Source of the DNA: Cenococcum geophilum | Lineage: Eukaryota | Assembly (NCBI GenBank): GCA_050273025.1 | Contig: CP158635.1 | Coordinates: 24,056,001 to 24,120,000, forward strand | DNA length: 64,000 nucleotides | Direction of reading: 5' to 3' | In this document: piece after piece, positions 1 to 12,685 of the stretch | Numbering within the stretch: the stretch's first letter is position 1 | How the letters are laid out: every line of letters begins with the position of its first letter | Translations under genes and position numbers: made by a program | The notes under the pieces: model-generated | What the model saw: only the letters and a program-made list of their open reading frames with translations | What the model was told of the DNA's origin: nothing | Database searches by the model: none

Positions 1-1700
1 TAGGATAAACCTTATTTATTAGGGATTTAAGCTAGCTAGTACTACTTCCTAATTTAAAAGAAAGCAGTAAGGCTTCTAACCTAAAATAAGGTAGAAGTCC
101 GCTAGCGCTTTATTATTATATAGTGTATACTATACTTCTTTATACTTTTTTATATTTACCTAAAGGATCTAGAGTTCTCTATTTATAGTACTATTATATA
201 AAAATCCTATCTATCTCTTTCCTATATACTAGGTATTTATAATATAAGGCTTAGTAAGGACCCTAGTAGTTTATACAGTATAGGTTAACCGTCTTATACC
301 GGAAATAGCCTTCCCGCCTATATATTTTGCACGTATTAGGTTATATATAGTTTTTAGCCCTATATTTAAACCTTTTATATTTATAGTGTGCTATAGAGGT
401 ATATCTCTTCTTAAATAGTAATATAATAATCGCACTTTCCCTAAATAATACGTTGTTTGATATAAGTAGCTTCTTTATATCCTTTTTTATTACTACTTTA
501 TTAATTACTAATATATACTAGCCGCGTGGCCTTAGTTATTTAAGCTATCTTATTATATATACCTTTATACTATTCTTTATCCTAAAGCGCTTTATAGCTT
601 ACTTACTTACTTTTCTACTATTAATATCTATTGCTAGATGTACTTTAACCTAGTTTACTTTAACTACGTACTATTTAGGTCTAATAAGTTTCGCCCTAAG
701 GATATACGGTTTAAGCTACTAGGTAGTTATCTACCTAAATATAGCCTTAATATCCTTTTTTACTAAGAATTTAATAATGCTTGCGCTATTACTTATTTAC
801 TATACGTGGAAGTCCTTAAGTATAGCTCCTATAAGCCTCTTAATCTCCTTTATACCTTATATAATAGTGTATTTTACTACTTTAGTGGTAGCTACCTTCT
901 TTATTACCTTCTTACCTACTTAGCTAATATCTATTACTAGCTATTAATTAGGTTCCTTAGAGTTCCTAGTATTTATTATTTATAATAGGGTCTCCCCTAA
1001 CCCTACTATACCTTTACTAGCCGCTACTATTACCTATAATTATATTAGAGCTAAGGGCGTATTTAGTTACGCTTATAGGGATTAAATAGCCTCTTAAAGT
1101 TTGGCGTTTTACTTCTTAAAGCTTTACTATTCCAATTTAATATCTATAAGGTTATTTCTAATACTCTTAATAATATTATTCTGGCTTATAATAATATTAC
1201 TTTATAGTACTATAGTTTCTTTAAGGCTTTTAATAAGTTAACTAACTTTATTAAAATTAATACCCCTTCCTTTATATTTAGGCAAGGTTGCTATAGAGAA
1301 TAGCAGTAGTATATTCTGCGTAGCTTATAGTATAGTTTATAATATAGTTTATAGTGCGGTTATTTACTATTTATATTACGCTAATTATTAAGCTTATATC
1401 CTTAGTAACTATTAAGCCTCTAGCACCTTCGCGCTTGGTTTCTTTATACATCCTTTTAGTAGAGCCGCTGGCGGGTTTAAAGGTGGTATTACTAATACGC
1501 GCTTAGGGGTTAAAGTAGCCATTAGGGCTTTAGGGCTTTGTTTAGTGGGCCGTAGGGGCCGCCTTATAGTAGAAACTAGCTAAATAAAAGACTAGGATTT
1601 GATTAAAAGAATATCCAAGATAAATATCCTCCTCTTTTAAAAGTTTTTTCGCCCCTCTAATCCGTTACAGTTTGCATTACATATAGGATATAAGGGTATT
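1..1700 (-). mobile_element. RIP-degraded Tad-clade LINE ('LINE B'): 5' region and gag-like ORF1, continuing off the left edge
   Basis: Minus-strand frame from ATG at 1522 reads MATLTPKRVLVIPPLNPPAALLKG..., broken by many TAA/TAG stops. Degraded Cys/His knuckle-like region near 250-420. Strong TpA excess. Resembles ORF1 of fungal Tad LINEs. Confidence 0.65.
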
Positions 1701-1712
1701 ATCTCTGTTAAC

Positions 1713-4700
1713 GTATATATGTATATATATATATTCTATTATAGCTATATACTATCTATAGTATAGGCCGTTACAGAGCACTAACTAAATACTTCCTACT
1801 ATTAATATGTATGCTCCCGTTTAGAAGCCAACTATAAAAATTATATATCTATTACCTAACACTATACTTAACTAAGGAAATAAAGGAAAGTAATACATTA
1901 CTATTAAAAGAAAGTTAGAGTTTAAAGGCGAGCCTAAGTAAGTATTTATCGACGCCTTGTGTCCGTAGAACTATTCCAGCGTTATACGCTTCTTAATTGG
2001 CGATATACTAGTAGAGGCATATATAGAGGAGGCTCGTGGTATATTTAGTTAGATAACTAAAAAAGAAATTTATAAGAGTCTTTACTTATTAATATTAGCT
2101 TCTATACTTTCTATATTTTATATACTTAAGTATAAGCGTCCGGTCTCTTTTATACATTTAATTATAGCTTTAACTACGCTAATGTCTAGCTTCTAGCGTT
2201 TAATTAGGCCGTTAATATTCCTACCTCCTTCTTATCTGCGTAAGTAGCCTCCTAATACATATAATAAATCCCCAAATTAATCTCTATGCTACTCTCTTAG
2301 TTTAATTCTCTACTATACCTACCTCCTATAAGAGAAGAGAAAGTGCTATACTAATTCTATAAGCCTATAGTTATATAACGCCGTCTCTAATATATTAATT
2401 TTATAGAGATATTCCTTTAGAAATAACTTGCTAATCTATAGCTATATAAGGATGGCAGCTTTAAAGCTAATTAGATGTTAGTATAATCCTATAGCCTTTC
2501 TAAGGTAGAGTACTATATTAATCTTCCTTATAAACTTACCCGTATTAGATTTTCCTACTAAAAGCGGTTCTATTATTATCTTAGCTCTTTTTAACGCTTA
2601 CGTTATAAGGTACTATAAAAGGCCGTCTCTTTATAGTAGCTCCTCGCTCTCTAGTCTTGTCGGTACTTTAGTAAGCTTATTAGCCTTCTCGTTTCCTATA
2701 AATCTTAAGTGGCCTAAAATCTAGTATAGCGTGACATTATTTAGCTAAAGCTTCTTTAAGATCTCTATAACTATTTCCTGGCAGGCTCTAGCCCTCTAGC
2801 TCTATACTAATAGTAACGCTAATTGCGAGTTAGAGAATATTCTTATACTAAAGATAGGTATTGGAAAACCTACTTAGTTAACAGCCGTGCATATAGGGTC
2901 CTACGGCTAGTTAGCTGCCCTGCTAATTGCTAGAAGCTCTATAAGGTAGGCGTTAGCTTAATTAGAGCTTACTACCGTTTTTAAAAGCGTGGCTTTAGAT
3001 GGCGTAGCATATATACTAACTCCTGCCCTACTATTATGTACTAATGTATTAACGTATATATTAACCTACCCTAGCTTATAGTCTTTAATAATAGCTTAAG
3101 TATATTCTTCGTCCTTATATATTACTATATTAGGCTTAACTACCCACAGTAGGTATATATATAGTTTAACCTCTAGCACCCTATTTACCTAGATATCCCT
3201 ATATATCTCTACTATCTTCTAAAGCGGCAATTAGTACTATTTATAGAGCCTCTATCTTTAAATTATCTAATAAGGATATAATTTACCTAGTTTATAGATT
3301 AATACCTAGAACGCGATAGCTTAATTATATAGCCTTTACTTAAGAGGGAGCAATCTAGCCTTTACCTTCGCTATTAGCAGAGCGACAGTACGGAACCCCC
3401 TAATAATAGCTTATACCGTAATCCTCTACGCCTACTAAAGAAGCTATATTAACTCTTATATTATAAGTAGGTATTATATTAGCGATATATAGTCTACTAC
3501 TAGTAGGACTGAGCTCTTAGCTAGCTGCTTAACGCTCTTAGGCTACAGTCCCTTTAATCTGCGTAACGCTAGCGCTACCTTAGTGGCTTTACCTACCTTA
3601 TCCGCTAGGTATACCTTAAACTATAGCTCCTTATTAAGAATTACCCTAAGGATTTTAACTTTCTGTATTGGGGGGATTTCTTTTCCTTTAAATTGGAGCG
3701 GCGTAGTAGTATTCCTGCCTACTTCTTTATATCTAATAAGGTAGATAAATAATGTTTTCTTCACTTTAAATTAAGCTCTACTAGTCCTCTCCTATTTCTT
3801 AAGCATCGGTATAATCTCGCCCTAGATAATCTACGTGTTTTCCTTTGCCGTAGAGCCTATAACCTATACTAAGTAGTTGTTAATAAAGGCTATGGAACTA
3901 CCATTTCTTAGTGCGCTTTATATAAGATCCGCGTTAAAGAATAGAAAAAGTATTAGGGCTAGTGCTAATCCCTACGGAAGACCCGCCTACGGGAGCGCCT
4001 ATACCTCTAATATGTATCCGTTAACTAGGATATAGGCTTAATAGTTTATATAAAAGTCCTATACCTATTATATAATCGTCTAAGGTATCTAACGCTACTA
4101 TAATCTTCTAATTTCTGGCTCTATAGCCATATTATTATACGCGCCTTTAATATTAAATAATACTAGAGACAGCATCTTTTTTCCTCTCTACGCTCTAAAT
4201 ACGTCCTTATAGAGATACAATAGCGTATATATTGTTAACTATTGCTTTCTAGCTCCAAAGTATAACTTAGGTAGTAGGCTATGTTCTTCCACCAGGTATA
4301 CTATCCTCTCTACTACTAGCGATTTAAGTGCTTTTCCTAGCGTTAGGAGGAGAGAGATCGGCCTATAATTGTTTGCTACCGTATAGTCCCCCCGCTTTGG
4401 CTTCTGCAGCGGCATAATCTTTGCTACCTTCCATTCCTATAATACTTTTCCTGTCTTAAGAGATTTGGTAAAGAGGGTGGTAATCTCACCGCTCAGTACG
4501 GGCCACAGCTCTTGCTACACCCTGGCTGGTAGGCCATCCCTTCCAGGAGCCTTGTCTGGGCTAGCCCTAAACACAGCTACCTTGACCTCGTATTTAGCGA
4601 TAGGCTCACGGTAATTGGTTGTAGCTAGTCGTAGCTTCCTCCTCTTGTTCGCACGGCGGCGGGACCGGAAAGAATGCCTGGAGTAGTTCTCTTGCAATAT

Positions 4701-4833
4701 TGTGGTTCTCCGTGACGACCTCTCCCTGTCCTCCAGCCTTCTTGATCGGCGGTATTCTAGCGAACGCGGATGTAGCTTGCGGATCGAGGTATTTCGACGC
4801 TTTCCATATATTGTCACTGTTACCGAGGAATTC
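1713..4833 (-). mobile_element. 5'-truncated, RIP-degraded Tad-clade LINE ('LINE A') with reverse transcriptase and RNase H
   Basis: Minus-strand translation gives KAPGRDGLPARV, KPKRGDYTVANNYRPISLL, FNIKGAYNN (FDxKGAYD), GLP*GLALALILFLFFNADL and IAFINNY (FVDDY after RIP). RNase H-like segment ~3070-2670 (GHLRFIGNEKANKL). TA-rich 3' tail ~1714-1735. Direct repeat ATCTCTGTTAAC at 1701-1712 and 4834-4845 (TSD). Confidence 0.9.
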
Positions 4834-4844
4834 ATCTCTGTTAA

Positions 4845-4893
4845 CAAGGGTGTGGCCGGAGCGGGTCGGCCGCCCTCCCTGCTAGCGCTGGCA
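4845..4893. repeat. Isolated Tc1/mariner-type terminal inverted repeat, related to the TIR at 53136
   Basis: CAAGGGTGTGGCCGGAGCGGGTCGGCCGCCCTCCCTGCTAGCGCTGGC aligns to TAAGGGGGTAACCTAAGCGGGCTGCCGCCCTCCCTGCTAGCGCTGGC at 53136. Several differences are C>T/G>A. Confidence 0.75.
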
Positions 4894-5048
4894 AACTACT
4901 TAAGAGCTTTGGTTAGATTCTTGCGCTACAAAACACTGAAACTTTAAGCAAGAGAGGACTATGGCTAATAGATGCGGCAGTGCATCACTGCCACAACACC
5001 ATGCCCAAAACGGTCGTTCAGTTGCATCGCGGACCAACCAACTGCTAG

Positions 5049-5162
5049 TATAATCCCGCTGCCTTGCTAAGGTAGAGTACTATATTAATCTTCTTCGGAA
5101 ACTTACCAGTATCTAATCTTCCTAACAGAAGCGGTCCTATTATTATCTCCGCTCTTTTCAGC
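5049..5162 (-). repeat. Short diverged fragment of LINE A-type ORF2
   Basis: TAAGGTAGAGTACTATATTAATCTTC...AGCGGTCCTATTATTATC...GCTCTTTT matches ~2480-2595 inside LINE A with substitutions. Confidence 0.75.
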
Positions 5163-5199
5163 CCTCATCACCCCCTAACTACAGTGCTGTTCCCCTGCA

Positions 5200-6192
5200 C
5201 TATAGGCTAGAAATTCCCTTCCTTCTCAGCGTAAAACTGACCGATGTTCTCCAATTTATTCTACTATCCAATTCCGTAGGTGGTCCAAAGATATCCTGCA
5301 CACCTACTATTTCCCAGCCGTCCTTCACCAGCCTCGCACTACTCCATATAAATCTGCTCTTATTACCCCCCCCTTTCCAAAGCACCTCCACCCTCTCTCC
5401 CTCCCTATTCGGGAGCCGAGTAAACCGTTTCCGCATCGCCTCAACATGGTCGGGTACTTCTTCGCTCCACCCAGACAAATACTCTTCGCTGTACAACCGA
5501 GGCCAGATGCCAAATTCCATAATCAGACCCAATTGAAGCTTAAATCCATGATGCCCTAGAATCCGGAACACGGCGTCGATGGCCGGAGACACGTCATCGA
5601 ATACCAGACTGGAGTACGGCCCATCATGTACGGGTGGATAGATGCGCTTGTGCTGGTCTCTCGCATGCACTTTACGCATCCAGGAGTCAGTTACAAGTGA
5701 GGATACCGTGCCATCGGTGTCTTTTGTAACGGGCAGGGGACGCGAGATATCGGCCTCGATGTAGCGGAGACGGGCGCGGTTTCGGGGGCCAATGCAGTAA
5801 AGGAAGGAGTAGAGAGCGTCCCAGTAGTCGGTGTTTTTAGGGTGAACATTTATGTAAGAAAGTGTAGGTTGGTGCCGGCCGCCGAATTTGAAGGTATTGT
5901 GGTGATAAAAGAGGGATGCTGATTCTATGGCTATTATTCTGTTCACGCGGAAGAGACTAAGGGCGAGATGGGGAAATTTCGAAGACCGGGAATGAATTCG
6001 TGCTTTTTCGTCATCATCTGGTGCATATGGCGGTTCAGAGTAGACTGTGATGGGGGAGGAGTCTATAAGAAGAGGTTCGTAGATCATTTCTCGGACTTCG
6101 CGGGGGAGTGTCATCAAAGTTGCTGCGGGATATATTGCTAGGCCGAGGGGTTCACCGGCGCGGTGACGAATTCGGCAGATCATGCGAGGCAT
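5200..6192 (-). CDS. Hypothetical fungal protein (330 aa) with an F-box-like N-terminal signature
   Basis: Intronless GC-balanced ORF. TLPREVREMIYEPLL ... LFRVNRIIAIESASLFYHHNTFKF matches the common ascomycete LPxEIRxMIY...LLRxxRQI..EA..LFY..NTF pattern. Confidence 0.7.
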   Translation of the reverse strand: MPRMICRIRHRAGEPLGLAIYPAATLMTLPREVREMIYEPLLIDSSPITVYSEPPYAPDDDEKARIHSRSSKFPHLALSLFRVNRIIAIESASLFYHHNTFKFGGRHQPTLSYINVHPKNTDYWDALYSFLYCIGPRNRARLRYIEADISRPLPVTKDTDGTVSSLVTDSWMRKVHARDQHKRIYPPVHDGPYSSLVFDDVSPAIDAVFRILGHHGFKLQLGLIMEFGIWPRLYSEEYLSGWSEEVPDHVEAMRKRFTRLPNREGERVEVLWKGGGNKSRFIWSSARLVKDGWEIVGVQDIFGPPTELDSRINWRTSVSFTLRRKGISSL

Positions 6193-6825
6193 TTTAGGGG
6201 ACCGGGATTTGGATGATGGGAAGAAGATGATTAAAGTTAAGTGGATAACAATAGGAACGATACTGCATGTTAGCGCATACGTCGTGTCAAAAGTTTAAAG
6301 ATCTTCTAATCGACTCGCTGAAACGATAGAGATGCTCAAAAGAAAGCAGAATGTTATAACAACAAGGCGCATATGATGTACCCAGATGGTCATCTTCTGT
6401 ATGAGTGTCGTGTCATCGCTACAAAGGTTAACGATTGAAGTCTCCACCTTGGTGCGTGCTCAAAGCGGCTAACCCGAAAGGGGCGTCTTATGTAATTGTT
6501 TAGATCAAGTCAGCCTCAATGTTGTTCCTCACTAATTGTCAAGTTAGACTAACATCGAGGGTAGGAATCTTGATATTAAAATGCTCCTATATGAATCCTA
6601 TCTACCATGCGAAGAATCGATTCTCAGCTTCATACTACGACCTGTTTGTTACTCAACAGCCAGCCTTCTCGCAGTTTGGTCAAGCCAAGTATCAGCACGT
6701 AGAAGATTTGTAAGTCCTACGGAATATTATCAATTCATCAAGGCCATCATAAACTACCCTCTCTAAGGGCATGCTGTCTGGGATAATAGTCGTGACTCAT
6801 CGCGTCTCATCATAACAACCCCTCT

Positions 6826-9800
6826 TTAAGTATAAACCTCCTCCGTGAACACATTCAATTCTAGTCCCTCCTTCGCAATGTCCTCATCCTTAAGGAACAG
6901 CAAAGGCATCTCAACCAGTGTGCCCTTGATAGTGCTCAAAACCTCCTTAACTTCGCGCAAGCCCTGATCGCCAGGCGAGAAGTCCTCCGCGACTACGTGG
7001 CCCCACTTGTACTGCGAGGGCTTCTTATGCTCTTTATCCTTCGTGTCCTCTTTGAAGAAGCGCTCGTAGTAGTCGTCGTACTGCTTCCATGTCCTCACCT
7101 CATCGTACGGCACAGGATGGAAGACTTTCACGAACGCATCCGTGTTGGTGCGCGCGCGTGTGTTCCAGAAGGCGTGGAAAGCATCGGAGACAGGGTCGGC
7201 AACCTGCTGGTCTTCTGGGGAGCCCCAGTCGTAGACGTTCGGCACGCCAATGGGCTCAAAATTCGCGTCGGGTTGGTCCATAATTTGAGGCCTGAGAAGA
7301 CCTAGGTGTTTGCGGAAGATCTGACGGCGGAGACTGGCGGCAAATTTCGAGGCGCGCCAGGGTCTCCCATCCATGGTCGACTCGACAGGTGTGGGGTCTT
7401 CAATAATGATGGCGATTTCGGAGTCGTGGTCGCCGAGTTGTGAACGATCGTTCAAGTTTGCGGAGCCGCAAATGACCACGCGGTCGTCGGCGATGAGGAG
7501 CTTGTAGAGGTTAGTATCGATGAATTGGCTGAGGGTATTATGAGCTTACCTTGGTATGGATGTAGAGCTCCTCGCTTACAAAAGCATCAATTTCATCCAT
7601 TGCGCCACCCTCCCAAGGAACATTGCGGATATCTTCTCCGCCGAGCATATAACATTCGCTAACCGTGTCCCAGCGACCGCTGCCAAGACCGTGGAGGCTT
7701 CCAATTTTTGCAGCGCCTTGTTGATATTGCTGGTAGGCGTCTGGCTTACTTTGCCCGGGGGTTTGGCCATATCCTGATTCCATTTCATAGACAGGAGCAT
7801 GTCCATGTCCAGTGCTAGGATCCTGACCCAGTGCCGACGGAGGCGGTGGACGGTATGGCTGGTACTCCTCTTTAGTCTCACTTTGGTATAAGCCGCCGTA
7901 TGCTACGTCATGTTCTTTTCGAGCCTCTTCATATGGCACTCCACTCTGCTGCTCTGCTGCGGCCATTGCTCCGCTCGCATTGATGCGGTCGTAGTTGCGG
8001 AGATTGTAGAATCGTATGTAATCCATAGGGTTAAAGCCAGCCCGGGCAATAGTTTCGTAAATACTATGGCCTCCACGGTTGATAGAATTGTATTGGAATT
8101 CCATGATTGCTCGAGTGCTGAGAGCATCATCGCTCTTGAGATCACCAGCAAACGCGGGGATAGCAGGCATCAGAACAATCATCTTGTACTTTTCACCGTT
8201 TCTAGCCGCACGAATGATACGTTCTACAATAGCACCTGCGATCTTATTTTTAATCGGTTTCTGCTCGTCGCAAGTGGCCGAGATGAAGAACTGGTTCTCG
8301 ATGTAGACGAAGTGCTGGCTGTTTTTGATTACCTCGATATACGCGTTCGCGATTGAGTGCTGCTTGGATTAGCAAAGCCATTACTAGAAGAATTCAGATT
8401 GGCGATTGCATACCTCAATTGCCACACCATGACTCCACTTCGCACAGCTCCTAGTGATTTGACAAGCGACACCACTCTGAGGACCATAAGACCGCCCACC
8501 CTGTTCACCAGGGTATCCGCCTTGTTGGCCGTAACGTTGCTCTATTTTTCGCATACCTTCTCCAACCCGCTCAAGAATCTTCTGCTGAAGTCCACCACCA
8601 CGACTGCCGAAAAAGCCCCGCTCACCTCCACCTCCACCATCATCACCAAAGCCTCGCTCACCTTCTTCCCCTTCATCCAAGCCTCTAGATTGCTGTGGCT
8701 GAGGTGGGTAATACTGCCCCGGTGGTGCTCCACCAGAATATTGTCCTGAAGGTTGTGGCGGATAAGCTCCAGTAGTTGGGGCTCCATTTACGGCCAGTCT
8801 AGAGTACCTCACGTCATTGCGCACATTGTACTTTTCGTCATAAATGAAGTTCCATCTTTGTACGAAATGAGTACGTAGGTCGTGGGCTGCTGGTCCCGTC
8901 AAGCAAAGAGATACATCTGACCATCCCATGCGGGAGTTTTTAGTTCGGTCCAGTTTATTATTTTGCCAGTGTACAACATCTTGGAAGTCCATGATTCTCG
9001 CATTGTTATAGTCCTGACCGGGAAAGACAATTCGATCCAGATCTCCGGGATGAGCGTCTGCGATTGCATGTTGATTGGTATCCCAGCGGCCATAGCAAAG
9101 ATCCAGACCTCCCATGAATGCTACGTGGCCGTCAACAAGGCAAAGCTTCTCATGGTGTGCCCAGTAAAGAACAGCGTCTTCATTCATTCCATAAATGGCC
9201 TTTAAGCCGTCAACAGGAAGTTGTGAGAGAGCCGAAGCGGAGAGAGTCATGTTTTGCAGTGAAGTCATAAATGACGATTGCAGGGATTGGCGATCGGGCA
9301 AGTGGTCTGGATGTCGAAACACGGAGATGTTTGGATGGAGGGCTTCCAGGGCGGATTTGGTGTGGGCCGATGAGACTGTTATGGGCGGGGCAATCAGCGG
9401 GTCCGTCTTCTCGACTTCTTCAAGAGATTTAAATATAACATTTAATCCCACACGAGTGAGACTTTTGGTAAAAGGATCCGTTGACTCGGGAAGGAGGGAA
9501 TGAAGATATTCGGGTAATGTTGGATTTAGAAACTTACGGGTGAGAGCTTGGGTTACCTGCGAGACGTCAGCAAAGATTTGTTATATTGTGATACCGGTTT
9601 TCTCACCTCCTTGTATACGATGATGTTGACTTTGACACCTCTCTGGGCCGCAGCCCTCAGTATGTTGTCGACTCGGTACTGTTCGTGTTTAGCGGGTGGC
9701 CTGCGAAGGTATAGCTCTGGTGATAGCCACCCTACAATCCTTAGCTGCATTCACACCTGCTAGAATCCGCCCCCCTGAAGGAGATACGTACAGTCAAGTA

Positions 9801-10352
9801 TCCAAATAGACTCCCTTGCTCTCTCGAGGGCAACCGACACGGCCCACATATACCCACATGCATCTACATACCACTTTATGTCGTTACCCTGCCGCTGCGG
9901 GGCAAAGCTCAAATATCGATGCTCCGCATGTTCGTCGTGGGTGCCTGCGGTGCACACTCCGCTATAATGGGTATGACTATGAATATCTCCTGGGGCTGAA
10001 ATTCTTGTCTTAACTTCTGCGCCAACCGCGTGGACAGCATCCTGCAATTTGTCGAATATGAACGACATGCCGCCGGATGAAGACGGAGGGTTCTGGGAGG
10101 GTTGTTGTTGTTGCTGGCCAGCGAGGTGAGGTTGGTAGGTTTGTGTAATATTCTAGAAGCACTATATTAGTATAATGAGCTTCATCGTCAGACTAGAATA
10201 GATTAGCTACTCACCGACTGGCCAGGCTGTGGCTTTCTACCAAAAATTCGTTTGGTCACATCTCCAATTATGCCCCGCTCACCTTCCTCTTGTTCATCCC
10301 CACCATGATATTCGCCGTATGCTAGGTCGTCGTCGTTACGGTGATACGCCAT
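6826..10352 (-). CDS. Phospholipase D (two HKD motifs, no PX/PH domain), multi-exon
   Basis: Exon 1 10352-10215 (MAYHRNDD...) splices in frame to 10152. Motifs: KWYVD..YMWAVSVALERARESIWILD, WLSPELYLRRPP, HHEKLCLVD...GGLDLCYGRWDT (HKD1), IYIENQFFIS, YIHTK/LLIADDRVVICGSANLNDRSQLGDHDSE (HKD2). Stop at 6826. Confidence 0.95.
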
Positions 10353-10916
10353 TGTTAGAAGTAAGCTACGGCTTCCATCTGATTAGGCCTATCTAAGCTC
10401 AAGACGGCGTCGTGCGGTAAATCTTTTCGTTCTTCGAAGGGAGGTGGGCAAAGTCTTGGCCAAGACCCCGCGCGTCACAAGCACCTGGGTGTTGGCTGCA
10501 GTCATCAACACGCGCACTATATTCCATCTCAAGAAGAGGCCTTTCCTATTTATGCCGCGGAGAAAGACGCAAAGTTATGGAATTGTTCGAGATGCTAGAG
10601 ATTATCAAAGCCGGCGTCAGCATAGTTCCAGACAAGCCGACAGTGACGTCGATCCCTGCCGCATGACAGTTACCACGAGAGAATTCGGATTTCATTCGGA
10701 CCCTCCCCTGCAGCATACTTCCCCTCCATTCAATTGTTCCATTGATCCACCAATATATATCAGGACGCCTCCTTGTACTGCAATGCCTCACACACTCCCT
10801 TCGCACTTTCCACAAGGCTTACTACCCGTGCCATTGTGCTTCCTGCCTTGGCCATTGCCCGTCCACCTGTGTCATATATAGCTCTTCGGCAATCTCGCGC
10901 GTTTCAAACTTCCAAA

Positions 10917-11517
10917 ATGGCAAGCAAGCCCATTACCACCTTGGATGTGAGTTTCAGAAGATGTTAGGCTAGAAAATTAGACTTCAATCAAACATGCTGA
11001 CATTGGCAGGCGTCCCTCATCCCCCGCCTTCCTTCTTCGTCCCCAACACTCTTCGAGGCCAAGAAGCAGAAGAACCTGACTTTTGAGGCCATTGCGAAGA
11101 AGCTCGGCCGTGATGAAGTTGCAGTTGCGGCGCTCTTCTACGGCCAGGCCCAAGCTTCCACCGAAGATATCACGAATCTCTCGGAGATCCTCGGAATTCC
11201 CTCGGACGAGCTAGAATACCTACTTTCCGGTTGCCCAGACCGGGGCCGGACTCTAGATATGCCACCCAGAGAGCCATTGATCTACCGCCTGTTCGAGATT
11301 GTGCAGAACTATGGATACGCATACAAGGCCGTGTTGAATGAGAAATTTGGTGATGGCATTATGAGCGCTATCAGTTTTTCGACCAAGGTGGAGAAAGAGA
11401 CGGACGAGAAGGGAGATTGGGCTGTCATTACTCTTAGGGGGAAATGGTAAGATAATTCGCATTGTGATCATTCTTCAAAGTTGACAATCTTCTAGGTTAC
11501 CATACTCTCGCTTTTAG
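10917..11517 (+). CDS. cyn1: Cyanate hydratase (cyanase)
   Basis: Exons 10917-10946, 11010-11446 and 11496-11517 give [18 protein letters not shown]...[19 protein letters not shown]...[39 protein letters not shown]...ITLRGKW-LPYSRF*. These are diagnostic cyanase motifs; both introns are GT-AG. Confidence 0.97.
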
Positions 11518-12685
11518 GTACAGTTGGATCATATGGTGGGCTATGCGTAATGTATGTACCAGCTTTCCGTAGTATTTTCTACAGCCCTAGCTGGTTTAAT
11601 AGAATTGTGAGGTCATATGGTATATCACTAGTAAATCTACGGTGGACTCGCACCATTTTTTTTAATTTAGGAAACTCCCGTATCTCCTTCCCCCGCAACT
11701 GATCCCGCAATTATATGTATTCAAAGATCCTTCACGCCCCTGCCAATTCGCTACCCTTTTAGTACTTATTAACAGCATAGGCATCCTCTCCGTACAACTA
11801 TCATGAGTTTTTTGCAGTTGCCCTTTAGTCCCAACCCGGTCTTTCCCATGTTCACGGACATTTCCCATTATCCCCTTTTCAATAGTAATCCAAGAAACAG
11901 GTACCGGGAATTGAGAGAAGAATACAGCGTTTAGTCTCATTTTTTAAAGGACCAAAATGATAGCTGTCTATGGAGTTCGCCAAGGGAATGCCGTTGTTTA
12001 CCGAGAGAGCCGCGTACAACCTCATTCATCATTATTACCAGAACACGGTGATGTGACTCACCAAGGGGATCCACCAAAAACTAAAAACTAAAAAAGAAAT
12101 AGAAATCAAGAACCTGCGAATCGACCACCACATCTATGGGGAAAAAATTTCCCCTCAGGATACGGCCCACACGGTGCTAGTCCTCGATGACCAGATTCTA
12201 CCGTCTGCCACTTGACTGAAAAACAATTGATGCCGAACATTGTATATAAGAATATCATTGATTTAGCGAGGTTTGCGGGACCGGGTGATGGGTCGTGCAG
12301 TTGCCGATATTGGTGAATGCATCTCACTTCGGATTCGAAGTGAGCTGGAGTGGTCACACGGACGGATACATTTTCCTAATGGTTTGAATCATCTTAGAAT
12401 ACTTCGTTTTAGTCTTTCTCCCACCGAGCAGTTAAGGCGGAAATGCTCAATTAAACTTCGCTCTATCTTATTCAAGGAACAGGTTCTAAAGGTACTTGTT
12501 TCATCATAGGATTTATTCGATCTAGAACTAACATAATAACCTCTCCCAGGAGGCCGAATGCGCCAAAAGAACCCCCTCCAAAGTTATATCCGTTCAGCCT
12601 CTTTTCGCACCAAACAAGAGTATATTCTGCCACTTTTTTACGACTAGTGACAAGCTCACACTTAAAATATAGAATTCAGACGAAT

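Noticed and set aside
11660..12510. Short ORFs downstream of cyanase
   Set aside because: No recognisable motifs or consistent exon structure; may be decayed sequence but unsupported.
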